A program made the translations under genes and the position numbers. A stretch of 46,131 bases of DNA from a virus (taxonomy: Duplodnaviria; Caudoviricetes). The DNA is taken from IMG/VR virus record IMGVR_UViG_3300048576_000591, positions 1-46,131 of that record; one strand, 5' to 3'. The notes beneath the pieces were generated by a model that had not been told where the DNA came from, ran no database searches, and saw only the letters and a list, made by a program, of their open reading frames with translations. This document shows positions 35,378 through 44,892 of this stretch, in pieces; positions within the stretch are counted from its first letter, which is position 1; the number at the start of each line of letters is the position of its first letter.

Positions 35378-35721
35378 AGCCCCTCCCCGTCAACTGCGAA
35401 ACCATCGACGCCTCCACTGGCAAGGTTGAGAAGCGCGAAACCGTGAATTTCGGAATTCTGCCGCCGAAGCCCGGTCATTGCTCGGTCTGCGGTGTCGCTC
35501 ACGAACCGGCGATTCCGCACAACGCCCAATCGCTCTACTACCAATACGCATTCTACGGCGAGTTCGGCCGCTGGCCTACCTGGGCCGATGCCGTTGCCCA
35601 CTGCAGCGATGAAATGCAGGCCCTCTGGACGCTTGAACTGCACCGCCTCGGCGCGTGGTCAGAGCCCGAAGGTGCGCCCATCGCTCAGCCCTACTCCAAG
35701 CAGGAAGGAGTGCGGCAGTGA
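35374..35721 (+). CDS. Hypothetical protein, possibly Zn-binding
   Basis: CSVC..H....PH and TWADAVAHC motifs. Confidence 0.75.
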   Translation: MKPLPVNCETIDASTGKVEKRETVNFGILPPKPGHCSVCGVAHEPAIPHNAQSLYYQYAFYGEFGRWPTWADAVAHCSDEMQALWTLELHRLGAWSEPEGAPIAQPYSKQEGVRQ

Positions 35722-35897
35722 CCACGGCTAACTACAAGAGCATGAGCCTGGACCAACTGCGAAACGAGGAGCGCAACGTTTCGAAGACACTTGCGGACAT
35801 GCGCACCGCCACCGGCGCATCGTGGTTCAACATCCGGCTACGGAAGCTCCGGAACCTCATTGCCATCAAAGAACACGCCCAGAAGGTGCAGCAATGA
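35718..35897 (+). CDS. Small hypothetical protein
   Basis: GTGA overlap; AAGGAG RBS. Confidence 0.65.
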   Translation: MTTANYKSMSLDQLRNEERNVSKTLADMRTATGASWFNIRLRKLRNLIAIKEHAQKVQQ

Positions 35898-35983
35898 CCT
35901 GGCTGAAGGATTTCGCCGCGACCGCCGGCCTCGCCCTCTTCACCGCATCAGTCTTCGTCCTGCTGATCGGCTTCGGAGGCTGA
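35894..35983 (+). CDS. 29-aa single-TM peptide (not in ORF track)
   Basis: MTWLKDFAATAGLALFTASVFVLLIGFGG; ATGA overlap. Confidence 0.6.
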   Translation: MTWLKDFAATAGLALFTASVFVLLIGFGG

Positions 35984-35986
35984 CCA

Positions 35987-36103
35987 ATGGCTCGCCGCTC
36001 AACCGTCATCAACACCATCGCCCGCCAGCTTCCGCCGGCAAGCTGGGCTGCAATTCTCTTCGCGGTCCTCGTCGTCGGCGTGGCCCTGGCCGCAACACAT
36101 TGA
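35987..36103 (+). CDS. 38-aa single-TM peptide (not in ORF track)
   Basis: MARRSTVINTIARQLPPASWAAILFAVLVVGVALAATH; GGAGG RBS. Confidence 0.65.
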   Translation: MARRSTVINTIARQLPPASWAAILFAVLVVGVALAATH

Positions 36104-36110
36104 GGAATCC

Positions 36111-36404
36111 ATGAACACCGAAAAGCCTTTGACTTTCGCCGACAAAGTCGCCGCCTCCTCACAGGTGCGCCACGTCAGCTATGACGCCGAACAGCGCCAG
36201 CTTCACGTCGTCTTCCGGCGCACGCCCGCGCTCTACGTCTACAGCGACTTTCCGGCTGAGAAGTGGGACGAGCTGCAGGCATCCGACAGCATCGGCTCGT
36301 ACCTCTACAAGCGCGTCACGCGGCCGATCGACGGCGAACTGCCCTACCTGTTCGAAAAGCGCGAGTTGCCGGAAGACCTCAAAGAGGAAGCGGCGGCACA
36401 ATGA
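36111..36404 (+). CDS. KTSC domain protein
   Basis: SSQVRHVSYD....L.V.F....Y.Y...P........S.SIGSY. Confidence 0.85.
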   Translation: MNTEKPLTFADKVAASSQVRHVSYDAEQRQLHVVFRRTPALYVYSDFPAEKWDELQASDSIGSYLYKRVTRPIDGELPYLFEKRELPEDLKEEAAAQ

Positions 36405-36784
36405 GGCGCGAACCGTCATCCCACGACAAGCTCTATGCCTGGCACACCGCCGCGCTGGCGCACGTCGCCAAGGCTGGCACCATGAAGGGCTTCGAGGGCC
36501 GCATCGTCGCGGACGATCCGCAGTGCGGATGGTTCCGGCGCCGTCTCGTCAAGAACGGCCCGTGGGTACCCGCGCGTGTCTTCTACGACCAGCCCATCAA
36601 CCCGGAAACCGGCGAGCTCGAGGGCGACGAGGTTCTGATCTGCGAGGTCGCCGGCGAGCGCCGCAACCCCGCCGACGAATGGACGTGGCTCGCGAACCAC
36701 CCGATCAGCCAGGAGGAATACCTCAGCATGGTGTCCTCCGCGTTCGCCGAGCCCGCCGGCAATTCAACCAATCTTCCCTTCTGA
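36401..36784 (+). CDS. Conserved hypothetical phage protein
   Basis: PQCGWFRRRLVKNGPWVPARV; ATGA overlap. Confidence 0.75.
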   Translation: MRREPSSHDKLYAWHTAALAHVAKAGTMKGFEGRIVADDPQCGWFRRRLVKNGPWVPARVFYDQPINPETGELEGDEVLICEVAGERRNPADEWTWLANHPISQEEYLSMVSSAFAEPAGNSTNLPF

Positions 36785-36794
36785 GGATACTGAA

Positions 36795-37553
36795 ATGAAC
36801 GCCACAGCCTTAAGGTTTGGCATCGGCGGCAACAACCCGCCAATCTCGGACCTTCTCACCGAGGAATACAGGAAGCTGACGAGCGACATCGATGCCGCCG
36901 TCGCCTCGGCGTCCCGAGCGCCCGAAGTCATCGAGGATGATGTGATCCTCGGCAAATTCGGCGACCTGACGAAAATCCTCATCGCCCATTCCAAGACCGC
37001 TGACGACAGCCGCAAGGCTGAAAAGCAGCCATATCTCGACGCCGGACGGGCGGTCGACGGCTTCTTCTCCGCGTTGATCGGCAAGGTCGACGCCGCGAAG
37101 TCCAGCCTGCTGAAGCGCTCGACGGCGTATCTCCAAAAGAAGGAGGCGATCGAACGCGCCGCACGCGAGGCGGAGGCGAAGAAAGCAGCAGATGAGCAGG
37201 CGGCGGCGATGGCTGCAGCCGAGCGCGCCCAGGACCAGGGCGACACCGATACCGCGCTCGAGATGCTGGCTGAGGCATCCGCGGCCGAAACGACCGCCGC
37301 AGTCGCTGCTGCGGAGGCTCGCGCCAAGCCCGCCGACCTCGTTCGCACTCACGGAACTGGCGGCTCTGTCTCGACCCTCAAGAAGGAATGGACCTTCACC
37401 GTCGAGGACCGCAGCAAGATCCCGCTCGAGCAGATCCGACCCTACCTCGCGGCCGACGCGGTCGACAAGGCGATCAAGGCCTTCATCAAGGCAGGCAATC
37501 GCGAGCTCGCCGGCGTCCGAATTTTCGAGCAGCCCAAAGCGATGGTGAGGTAA
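36795..37553 (+). CDS. Coiled-coil protein of the recombination module (Gam/Gp157-like position)
   Basis: GIGGNNPP N-terminus; RKAEKQPYL...VD.FF; C-terminal I.AFI..G....GVRIF. Confidence 0.6.
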   Translation: MNATALRFGIGGNNPPISDLLTEEYRKLTSDIDAAVASASRAPEVIEDDVILGKFGDLTKILIAHSKTADDSRKAEKQPYLDAGRAVDGFFSALIGKVDAAKSSLLKRSTAYLQKKEAIERAAREAEAKKAADEQAAAMAAAERAQDQGDTDTALEMLAEASAAETTAAVAAAEARAKPADLVRTHGTGGSVSTLKKEWTFTVEDRSKIPLEQIRPYLAADAVDKAIKAFIKAGNRELAGVRIFEQPKAMVR

Positions 37554-37556
37554 CCC

Positions 37557-38306
37557 ATGGACAGCCAGCAGAGCAGCGGCGGAGCGATATTCGGCAAGAT
37601 GGTCGCCATTTTCCAGGAAGTGGACGCGATCGCGAAGACGGCGCGGAATACCTCGCAGGGCTTCAATTATCGCGGCATCGATGACGTCTACAACGCCATC
37701 AACCCGATCCTTGCCAAGCACGGCGTCTTCATGACGGCGAAGATCCTCGAAAAGACGCGCGAGGAGCGTGTAACGCGGCGGGACAGCGGGAAGGACAGCG
37801 TCCTCGCATTCACATGCCTGCACATGAGCTACCGGTTCAACGCCGAGGATGGATCCTTCGTTGAAACCGAGAGCGAAGGCGAAGGCATGGACTCCGGCGA
37901 CAAGTCTTCGAACAAGGCTATGTCGGTGGCGCACAAGTACGCCCTGCTCCAGGCCTTTTGCATCCCGACCAAGGATCTAGACGATCCGGACGCGCAAAGC
38001 CACGAAGTAGCGCCGCGTCAGTCGCAGGGCCGTCCGCCAGCGGAACAGCCGAAAGGCAACCCGCCGCCCCGCACCGAAGCTCCGAAGCAGCAGGCCAACA
38101 ATAGCCGCGTAGCGCCGGCGAAGGCCTGGGCAGAAGAAGCGACGCGCTTCGTTCTCACGATCAAGGACGGCAAGGCCCTTGAGACCTGGAACACCAAGAA
38201 CGCGAAGGCGATCGCGGCGGCGAGGGACCTCGCTCCCGAAGCGCACAAGGCCCTGCTCGCGGCGATCGACAAGCGTCGCGCCGACCTCAACCCCTTATCG
38301 GCATAG
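37557..38306 (+). CDS. erf: ERF-family single-strand annealing protein
   Basis: FNYRGIDDV, DSGDK...KAMS.A.KY and DPD motifs. Confidence 0.9.
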   Translation: MDSQQSSGGAIFGKMVAIFQEVDAIAKTARNTSQGFNYRGIDDVYNAINPILAKHGVFMTAKILEKTREERVTRRDSGKDSVLAFTCLHMSYRFNAEDGSFVETESEGEGMDSGDKSSNKAMSVAHKYALLQAFCIPTKDLDDPDAQSHEVAPRQSQGRPPAEQPKGNPPPRTEAPKQQANNSRVAPAKAWAEEATRFVLTIKDGKALETWNTKNAKAIAAARDLAPEAHKALLAAIDKRRADLNPLSA

Positions 38307-38313
38307 GTGAACC

Positions 38314-38778
38314 ATGGCCGGAAGCGTCAACAAAGTCATCATCATCGGCCACCTCGGGCGTGATCCCGAGGTGCGCCGCACCACCGCTGGCGACCCCGTC
38401 GCCAGCCTCAGCGTGGCAACCAGCGAGAGCTGGCGCGACAAGCGCAGCGGCGAACGGATGGAAAAAACCGAGTGGCACCGGGTCGTAATCTGGAACGAGC
38501 ACCTCGCGAAGGTGGCCGAGCAGTACCTGCGCAAGGGCTCCAAGGTCTATCTCGAAGGCCAGCTCGCCACCCGCAAATGGACCGATCGCGACGGTGTCGA
38601 GAAGTACACGACCGAGATCGTGCTCAACCGATTCCGCGGCGAGCTGCAGCTCCTCGACAATCGATCGAACGATGACCGCGCTGGATCTGCGGAAGGCCAG
38701 AACGGCAACTCCGGGTCCTCCAGCGAGGCGCCGGCGAGCTTCGACCGTGACGATCTTGACGACGAAATTCCGTTCTGA
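38314..38778 (+). CDS. ssb: Single-stranded DNA-binding protein
   Basis: SVNKVII.G.LG.DPE; TEWHRV; DDEIPF tail. Confidence 0.97.
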   Translation: MAGSVNKVIIIGHLGRDPEVRRTTAGDPVASLSVATSESWRDKRSGERMEKTEWHRVVIWNEHLAKVAEQYLRKGSKVYLEGQLATRKWTDRDGVEKYTTEIVLNRFRGELQLLDNRSNDDRAGSAEGQNGNSGSSSEAPASFDRDDLDDEIPF

Positions 38779-38787
38779 GGCGGGCAC

Positions 38788-39204
38788 ATGGGCGATCGTC
38801 GGCTATTTTTCCTCCAATCCGAGGCTATCAGGGAGCGCGTCTGCGATTTCGTGCGCCGCGCCCCTGACGGATACCGCGTCGAGATCAAAGAGCAAAAACG
38901 CTCGCTCGATCAAAACGCGAAGCTATGGGCGATGCTAAGCGATGTGGCCTCGCAGGTTGTCTGGTACGGCCAGAAGCTGACATCGGACGATTGGAAAGAC
39001 GTTTTCACCGCGTCGCTGCGCAAGACTCGCGTCGTTCCCGGTATTGACGCCGGCTCGTTCGTCCCCCTCGGCATGAGAACGTCCGATATGTCGAAGGCCG
39101 AAATGGCAGACCTTATCGAGCTTATCTATGCCTTCGGCGCGGATCACAACGTTCAATGGTCGGAGCCGGCTTTGCGGCAGTTACCGGGAGCGCAAGCGGC
39201 ATGA
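38788..39204 (+). CDS. ninB: NinB/Orf recombination mediator
   Basis: RSLDQNAKLWAML.DVA.QV.W and TS.M...EM..LIE motifs. Confidence 0.9.
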   Translation: MGDRRLFFLQSEAIRERVCDFVRRAPDGYRVEIKEQKRSLDQNAKLWAMLSDVASQVVWYGQKLTSDDWKDVFTASLRKTRVVPGIDAGSFVPLGMRTSDMSKAEMADLIELIYAFGADHNVQWSEPALRQLPGAQAA

Positions 39205-39518
39205 CCGAGCAATTACCGTGGTCGGAGGAGATCGGGTTTGCAGAAAAGATCTGCGGCGCACTTGGCTGCGTGGTGGAGCGCTCAAAGCACGCCTACGAGA
39301 TCGCTACCGTTGTCGGAAAAGGCATTCGGCTCGTCATCTACCCGCACAAGACTTCGAGCACTGGGAACATTTCGGCGCGCGTCAGGGACAATGGGAGCAA
39401 GGACAAAGCCCGAGCTCGGGAAGTTATGCTCGCGATGAAGCGAGGGGCCGGCCTTCCAGAAGAGATCCGCTGGCGCGTCGCAACGTTCAACACATTCTAC
39501 ACGAAGAAGTTGCCATGA
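39201..39518 (+). CDS. Hypothetical protein
   Basis: ATGA overlaps at both ends. Confidence 0.65.
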   Translation: MTEQLPWSEEIGFAEKICGALGCVVERSKHAYEIATVVGKGIRLVIYPHKTSSTGNISARVRDNGSKDKARAREVMLAMKRGAGLPEEIRWRVATFNTFYTKKLP

Positions 39519-39895
39519 CCCGCCTCGCCGAATTCTCGAAGGCCACCAAGCGCGAGGCCCTGAAGCGGTCCCACCATCGCTGCGAGGCTGAGGGCGAGCG
39601 TTACGGATTGCCCTCTGGTCATCGGTGCGGCGCCGACCTCGCCTACGGCGTCGAGTTCGACCACGTCATCATGGAAGCGAACAGCCACGACAACAGCCTC
39701 GAAAACTGTGCCGCGGTCTGCCCGAAGTGCCACCGCTTCAAGACCTCTAATTTCGATGTGCCGAGCGCGGCGAAGGCTCGCGCCCAGCAGGACAAGCGCT
39801 TCGGAATCAAGCCGAAGCATCACCGCCCGATGCCGGGGTCACGCGCCAGCGGGATCCGCAAGCGCATGAGCGGCCAAGTGGAGCGCTGGGACTGA
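39515..39895 (+). CDS. HNH endonuclease
   Basis: EFDH......N..EN....CPKCH..KT. Confidence 0.88.
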   Translation: MTRLAEFSKATKREALKRSHHRCEAEGERYGLPSGHRCGADLAYGVEFDHVIMEANSHDNSLENCAAVCPKCHRFKTSNFDVPSAAKARAQQDKRFGIKPKHHRPMPGSRASGIRKRMSGQVERWD

Positions 39896-39935
39896 CCCAG
39901 GCCCGCCATCAACCAATCCGAGGAAGGGAAACCAA

Positions 39936-41819
39936 ATGGCATTGACTGCAACGATCGACCAGCTCCGACCTGGCCAGGACTATCCGGACGGCAATATCAA
40001 CGCCCGCCAGCACTACACCGACGCCGAAATCGAGGAGCTGGCGGCGAGCCTGCGCCCTGACCGTGACGGCCAGCTGCGCCCGTTCCTGGTCGCCACACAC
40101 CCCGAAACGCCGAACGTCTACTATGTCTTCGGCGGAGGGCGCCGGCGTATTGCGTACACGCGCCTGATCGAGAGCGGCAAGCTGCCGAAATCGCACCCGA
40201 TCGAGATCAAGGATTTCGGTCACCTCTCGGTCGCCGAAGCCCTGTCGAAGTCCTGGGCCGACAACAAGGCCGTGCCGATGCACCCGGCCGACCTAGCCGC
40301 CACGTTCGCCACCCTTGCCGCCGATCGGCCGGTCGAGGAGATCGCAGCCGAGCGCGGCGTCACGGTCCGCGCCGCCCAGCAGCACATCGCCCTGGGCACC
40401 AGGCTTGCTCCCGAGATCATCGCGGACTGGCGTGAAAGCCTTCTGACGCGTGAAGCCGTCGAAGTTTTCGCGATCACCGACGATCACGAAGCGCAGAACG
40501 AAGCCCTACTCTGGGCGAAAACACAGTGGCAGTGGGCCCACAACAGCCGCCACGAGATCAACCTCAAGGAACTGCGCCAGAGGTTGACCCACAAGAAGGA
40601 GCCGGAAATGAAGCGGCTCCTCGGGTTCGTCGGCGTCGACGCCTATCGCGAAGCCGGAGGCGTCGTCACGGAAGACTTCTTCGGCTCTGGCGGCGTCGTC
40701 AAGGACATGAAGCTTCTCAAGAAGCTGGCCAAGACAAAGATGGGCGATCTTCTGGCCGACCTCGAGGCTACTGGCTGGTCGTGGACAGAAGGCCGGATGA
40801 AGCGCAACTTCATGCACCACGGCTACGGCCAGGCGAAGATCAAGGCCGAGCCTCTCGTCTCGGAAATGATCCGACAGTCAGAGATCGAGGAACGACTTGC
40901 TGCGATCGAGGGGATCGATCCCGACGAGATATCGCCCGAAGAAGACGCCAAACTCGACGCCGAGACCGAGACCATAAAGTCCGAGCTCGAGCTTCTCGAG
41001 CGGAAAGCACTTCTCGCCGGCGCCACGAAGCAGCAGAAGGCACGATCTGGCGTCATCGTCTCGGTCTGCGACGATGGCTCGCTGCACTACGATATCGGGC
41101 TGATCCGGAAGGAAGAGCCAGCCGCGGACAAGGCGAAAGGCGGACGCACACCTGCGCCGCGCCAGCAGGAGGAGCGCGCGGTTTCGTACACGGCCGACCG
41201 CCACGTCTCGGAATGCGTTTCCGAAGCGGCTCAGGAGCTTCTTGTCGAGCACCCGGAAGAACTGTTCGCCTTGTTCCTGGCGGCGGCGGTGCGCGACGAT
41301 TGGCACGATCCGTTCCGGTCCGGCAATATCGGTGTCGGCGGTGACAAAAAGAAAGCTGCAAAGCCCCTCGCCTCACTGTATCGCGACTACCTCAACGCCA
41401 CGCCCGGCGAAATGATTGTCAACGCCGCGCCACACCTTGCCGTGGCGGTAGACGCAGTGAACGACGGTGTGCTCGACCCGCTGATCATATCGATCGTCGG
41501 CGAGGACGAGCTGCAGAAGGCAATCGCAGAGCGGTTCGACCCCAAAATCTATTTCGAAGGCGCGTCGAAGCGCTTCATGCTTGGCGTGATGGCCGAGACG
41601 CTGGGCGAGGAAGTCCGCGCCGCCGGCGAGCACATCGGCGACCAGAAGATCCGCGAGGAAGTGATCGCCGCGGCCAAGAAGACGGGCTGGCTCCCGCCTG
41701 CCCTGCGCACCTCGAAATACATCGAGCCCACCCCGCTCGAGACTGCGATCGCCGCCAAGACCGCCAAGACCAAAGCCAAGGCGCCGAAGACCTCCGCGGC
41801 CAAGAAGAAGGCGGCGTGA
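39936..41819 (+). CDS. Large ParB/Srx-domain protein (plasmid-type ParB-like)
   Basis: N.R, ELAASL, GGGRRRIA (GxxR), MHPAD, HTH, GV.AY.EAGG and WLP motifs. Confidence 0.85.
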   Translation: MALTATIDQLRPGQDYPDGNINARQHYTDAEIEELAASLRPDRDGQLRPFLVATHPETPNVYYVFGGGRRRIAYTRLIESGKLPKSHPIEIKDFGHLSVAEALSKSWADNKAVPMHPADLAATFATLAADRPVEEIAAERGVTVRAAQQHIALGTRLAPEIIADWRESLLTREAVEVFAITDDHEAQNEALLWAKTQWQWAHNSRHEINLKELRQRLTHKKEPEMKRLLGFVGVDAYREAGGVVTEDFFGSGGVVKDMKLLKKLAKTKMGDLLADLEATGWSWTEGRMKRNFMHHGYGQAKIKAEPLVSEMIRQSEIEERLAAIEGIDPDEISPEEDAKLDAETETIKSELELLERKALLAGATKQQKARSGVIVSVCDDGSLHYDIGLIRKEEPAADKAKGGRTPAPRQQEERAVSYTADRHVSECVSEAAQELLVEHPEELFALFLAAAVRDDWHDPFRSGNIGVGGDKKKAAKPLASLYRDYLNATPGEMIVNAAPHLAVAVDAVNDGVLDPLIISIVGEDELQKAIAERFDPKIYFEGASKRFMLGVMAETLGEEVRAAGEHIGDQKIREEVIAAAKKTGWLPPALRTSKYIEPTPLETAIAAKTAKTKAKAPKTSAAKKKAA

Positions 41820-41820
41820 T

Positions 41821-42465
41821 ATGACGCAAGCCTACCCCCTTCAATGGCCTGAAGGCTGGCCGCGAACCAAGTCCCGCCGCCACGCAAAATTCGGCAAGAA
41901 CGAAACCCAACGCTCGAGCTCCTCGGATATCTCCTGGACCTCGAAAAAGGAGCTGTCGATCGCGGACGGCACCAAGCGCGTGATCGCAGAGCTTCGCGCA
42001 CTCGGCGTCGAGGCCGGCCATTTCATTATCAGCAGCGACCTGGAGCTACGGAATGACGGGCTTCCTCGGTCGGGGCAGCGCGCGCCGTCCGACCCTGGTG
42101 TTGCCGTCTACTGGTCCCGGTGGCGCGACGGGCGCCGCGAGCCTCAGAAGGTGATGGCGATCGACCTCTACGACCGGGTGGCGGATAACCTCGCCGCCAT
42201 TGCGGCCACGCTAAGCGCCATGCGGGCGATCGAACGCCACGGCGGCGCGCAGATCCTGGAGCGCGCGTTCACGGGCTTCGATGCTCTGCCACCGCCGAAA
42301 ACGTGTTGGGAAATTCTCGGCCTCCAGCCGGGCGCCAGTGCCGCGATGATTGCGACTGCGTTTCGCCGCTTGGCGATGGACAACCATCCCGATCACGGCG
42401 GCTCAACGGAGCGCATGGCAGAAATTTCGGCGGCGCGTGACGCGGCGCTGAAGGAGGCGGCATGA
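41821..42465 (+). CDS. Phage J-domain (DnaJ-like) protein
   Basis: AYPLQWP.GWPRT N-domain; C-terminal WEILG...HPDHGGS. Confidence 0.88.
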   Translation: MTQAYPLQWPEGWPRTKSRRHAKFGKNETQRSSSSDISWTSKKELSIADGTKRVIAELRALGVEAGHFIISSDLELRNDGLPRSGQRAPSDPGVAVYWSRWRDGRREPQKVMAIDLYDRVADNLAAIAATLSAMRAIERHGGAQILERAFTGFDALPPPKTCWEILGLQPGASAAMIATAFRRLAMDNHPDHGGSTERMAEISAARDAALKEAA

Positions 42466-42752
42466 ACCGCTGTTCGATCATCCTCGATATTCCCAGCCCG
42501 CCCAGCGCGGGCCTCAGGGGCGCTGACGTTCCCATGCAAACGGTGCGGGTGGAGTTCTCGGTGCTCCCGCCGGATCCATCTGCAGGGATTATCGGCTACG
42601 GAAGCGAGGACCATACCCTTCACGACATCAAGTCCGGCGAGCGGCTTACCGATTTTGAAGACGATGCCCCAGATGAATTTTGGGACTGGCTCGCGGACCG
42701 GGTCAACGAGAAGTTCGATTTCTACGCTGCCGAAGGTGGACTGCATGCCTAA
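42462..42752 (+). CDS. Hypothetical protein
   Basis: ATGA overlap; GGAGG RBS. Confidence 0.65.
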   Translation: MNRCSIILDIPSPPSAGLRGADVPMQTVRVEFSVLPPDPSAGIIGYGSEDHTLHDIKSGERLTDFEDDAPDEFWDWLADRVNEKFDFYAAEGGLHA

Positions 42753-42951
42753 GCTCCCCACCAACATGAAGAAGGCTCGCGCGGCTGTGTCCCGGTCGCG
42801 CGCCGACAGAGAGCACCAGACGCAGGCCGATGCTGAAAGCCGCCGCGCCGAAGAGTGCGCGTTGACGAAGATGCGCCGGGATTTCGCACGCGAGCACGGT
42901 GTGCCCGAGAGCGAGGTTTCGATGATCGTTTGCAGGAGGGGAAGACGATGA
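42745..42951 (+). CDS. Hypothetical protein
   Basis: Overlap coupling (MPKLP). Confidence 0.55.
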   Translation: MPKLPTNMKKARAAVSRSRADREHQTQADAESRRAEECALTKMRRDFAREHGVPESEVSMIVCRRGRR

Positions 42952-43394
42952 CTGATGGGACTGTGGAAACAAGCGGTGATCGACTCCATTTTGCGGCAGA
43001 AGCCGAAATCCGCCGCCAGGCGCACCATGTCGACGCCGCCACTCTCGCAGCGATGCTCTCGCTCGAGGCCGGGCTTTATCCGGACGGGTGCCGGATCCGG
43101 GAACTTGCCAGCGAAGCGTCCCGTCGCGTTCTTTGGGCTGCCATCATGCTCGACGACAAAGCCGAGACTTATCTCGTCTGGTCGAATGAACATAACGCTT
43201 GGTGGAACCCGCAAAGCCGTGGGTACACGCAATCACTTGATCGTGCAGGTCGCTACACGCGCGAAGAGGCGCTGCAGATCTGCGCGAACGCGCGCGACGG
43301 CTGGTCGTACCGCGGCCGCCCCTCGGAGATCCCCGTCCGGGAGACCGACGCCTACGCGTGCCAACAGCTCGATGTGAAGGTAGCCGCGCGATGA
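42948..43394 (+). CDS. Hypothetical phage protein
   Basis: YLVWSNEH.AWW.P...GYT....AGRY; GGAGG RBS. Confidence 0.7.
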   Translation: MTDGTVETSGDRLHFAAEAEIRRQAHHVDAATLAAMLSLEAGLYPDGCRIRELASEASRRVLWAAIMLDDKAETYLVWSNEHNAWWNPQSRGYTQSLDRAGRYTREEALQICANARDGWSYRGRPSEIPVRETDAYACQQLDVKVAAR

Positions 43395-43696
43395 AACCAG
43401 AGGACGTGATCGCGAAGATCGCCGCCTACTGCAGCGACTTTGCCTGGATGGCTGGCGTCGGCGGCGTCGAGACAGCGGGGGCGGTCGTGTCGTACCTCGC
43501 GGCCCATCCTGAACACACTCAAGTGTTTTTGTTCGGCGGCGTGTCGGCGCTCATGGACACCTGCGATGACGCGAGAGAGTTTTTTTCGCAAGGCTGTTTG
43601 ACCTTCCACCGCCAGATAGACGGCAAGGTCACAACCCCGGAAGAGTTGCGAGCCGCCATCGCTGCGCGAGACGCGGCCGAGGGCGTGCAGCCATGA
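43391..43696 (+). CDS. Hypothetical protein
   Basis: ATGA overlaps. Confidence 0.65.
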   Translation: MKPEDVIAKIAAYCSDFAWMAGVGGVETAGAVVSYLAAHPEHTQVFLFGGVSALMDTCDDAREFFSQGCLTFHRQIDGKVTTPEELRAAIAARDAAEGVQP

Positions 43697-44241
43697 CCAG
43701 TATCGTGAAACCCGTACCGAAGGCGATCGAAGCAACCGAGATTCCCGATATCGCGCTGGCAGTCCGCCAGCCTTGGGCTTGGGCGATTGTGTACGGCCTC
43801 AAGGATATCGAGAACCGAGTCGCGCGCGCGGTCACCATGGGTGGGATGAAGCCGCGCCGCATCGCCATTCTCGCCAGCAAGGGGATGGGCAAGGAAGAGT
43901 ACGAGGACACAGCGAGTTTCATGGCTGGCCTCGGCGTGATCGCGCCGCCGCCGCTGGAATTGAAGCGTGGCGGCATCATCGGCGCCGTCACGGTTACGGC
44001 GATCGTGTCAGAACACGACAGCCCTTGGTTCTTCGGACCGCGCGGATTGGTGCTCGCGGACGCGGCACCGTGCGAATTCATCCCGGCGGTGGGGCAACTT
44101 GGCTACTTCGCGTGGAAGCCCGCCTCCAACCCGGAAGCCGCACCGGTGGCGCCATGGATGGCCGCCTGGGGAAAGCCCAAGCCGCCATCGCGAACGCGCG
44201 ATCATATCGAAGACCCGCGCCAACAGACGCTGTTCGGGTGA
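43693..44241 (+). CDS. ASCH domain protein
   Basis: ALAVRQPWAWAI..GLKDIENR; GGIIG.V; WFFGP. Confidence 0.88.
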   Translation: MTSIVKPVPKAIEATEIPDIALAVRQPWAWAIVYGLKDIENRVARAVTMGGMKPRRIAILASKGMGKEEYEDTASFMAGLGVIAPPPLELKRGGIIGAVTVTAIVSEHDSPWFFGPRGLVLADAAPCEFIPAVGQLGYFAWKPASNPEAAPVAPWMAAWGKPKPPSRTRDHIEDPRQQTLFG

Positions 44242-44246
44242 GCGGC

Positions 44247-44564
44247 ATGACCAAACCGTATACGACCGTCGAATGCACGGTCTGCCGCCCGAAGTTCGGC
44301 GCGGTCTGGATCGTGATCGACGCCGGCAGCGGAACTAGGAGTGAGCAACTGCAGCTCGCGCATATCCATCCCGACGATGTCGAGACGATGGAAGAGGCTG
44401 ACAAGGTGCAGCCGATGAAGCTGCGCGTCCTCGCCGACGTGGCGGCAGAGCTTGGCATCGAAGCGGCTCCCAAGGTTGCCCCCGCCGAAGAGCCGACCCC
44501 CGTCCCGGTTCCGGCGTTCGGAGACCTGTTTGCAGGCATCGAGCCCGTCAGGAGCATCGGCTAG
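44247..44564 (+). CDS. Hypothetical protein
   Basis: Fills the gap before xis; alternative GTG start at 44238. Confidence 0.55.
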   Translation: MTKPYTTVECTVCRPKFGAVWIVIDAGSGTRSEQLQLAHIHPDDVETMEEADKVQPMKLRVLADVAAELGIEAAPKVAPAEEPTPVPVPAFGDLFAGIEPVRSIG

Positions 44565-44882
44565 ATGAGCCTGCACGTCGTCACGTCTGAAATCGCACCG
44601 GCCGCACCGCGGCCGAGCGCCAGCGTGCGACGTGTGGCGGAGCTTATTGGCTGCGACGAGGCAACGGTCCGCAGATTGGTTAACGAGGGGGCGCTTGAGG
44701 CCTACACCCTGCGCCGCCGGTCGATCATGGTTTTCCTCGACTCGGTAGCAGCTCACCAAATCCGGCAGGCCCGCGAGCCGAAATCACCTGTGGAAAAGAT
44801 CAAAATGCACCGGCGTGCCGTGGCAAATTCGGCCAATGAGGCGGCCAAGGCCAGGTTGCGGGCGATGGGCTACCTCCGATAG
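44565..44882 (+). CDS. xis: Excisionase-like HTH_17 protein
   Basis: SVRRVAELIGCDEATVRRLVNEG.L.A; directly upstream of int. Confidence 0.8.
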   Translation: MSLHVVTSEIAPAAPRPSASVRRVAELIGCDEATVRRLVNEGALEAYTLRRRSIMVFLDSVAAHQIRQAREPKSPVEKIKMHRRAVANSANEAAKARLRAMGYLR

Positions 44883-44892
44883 CCTTGACCTT

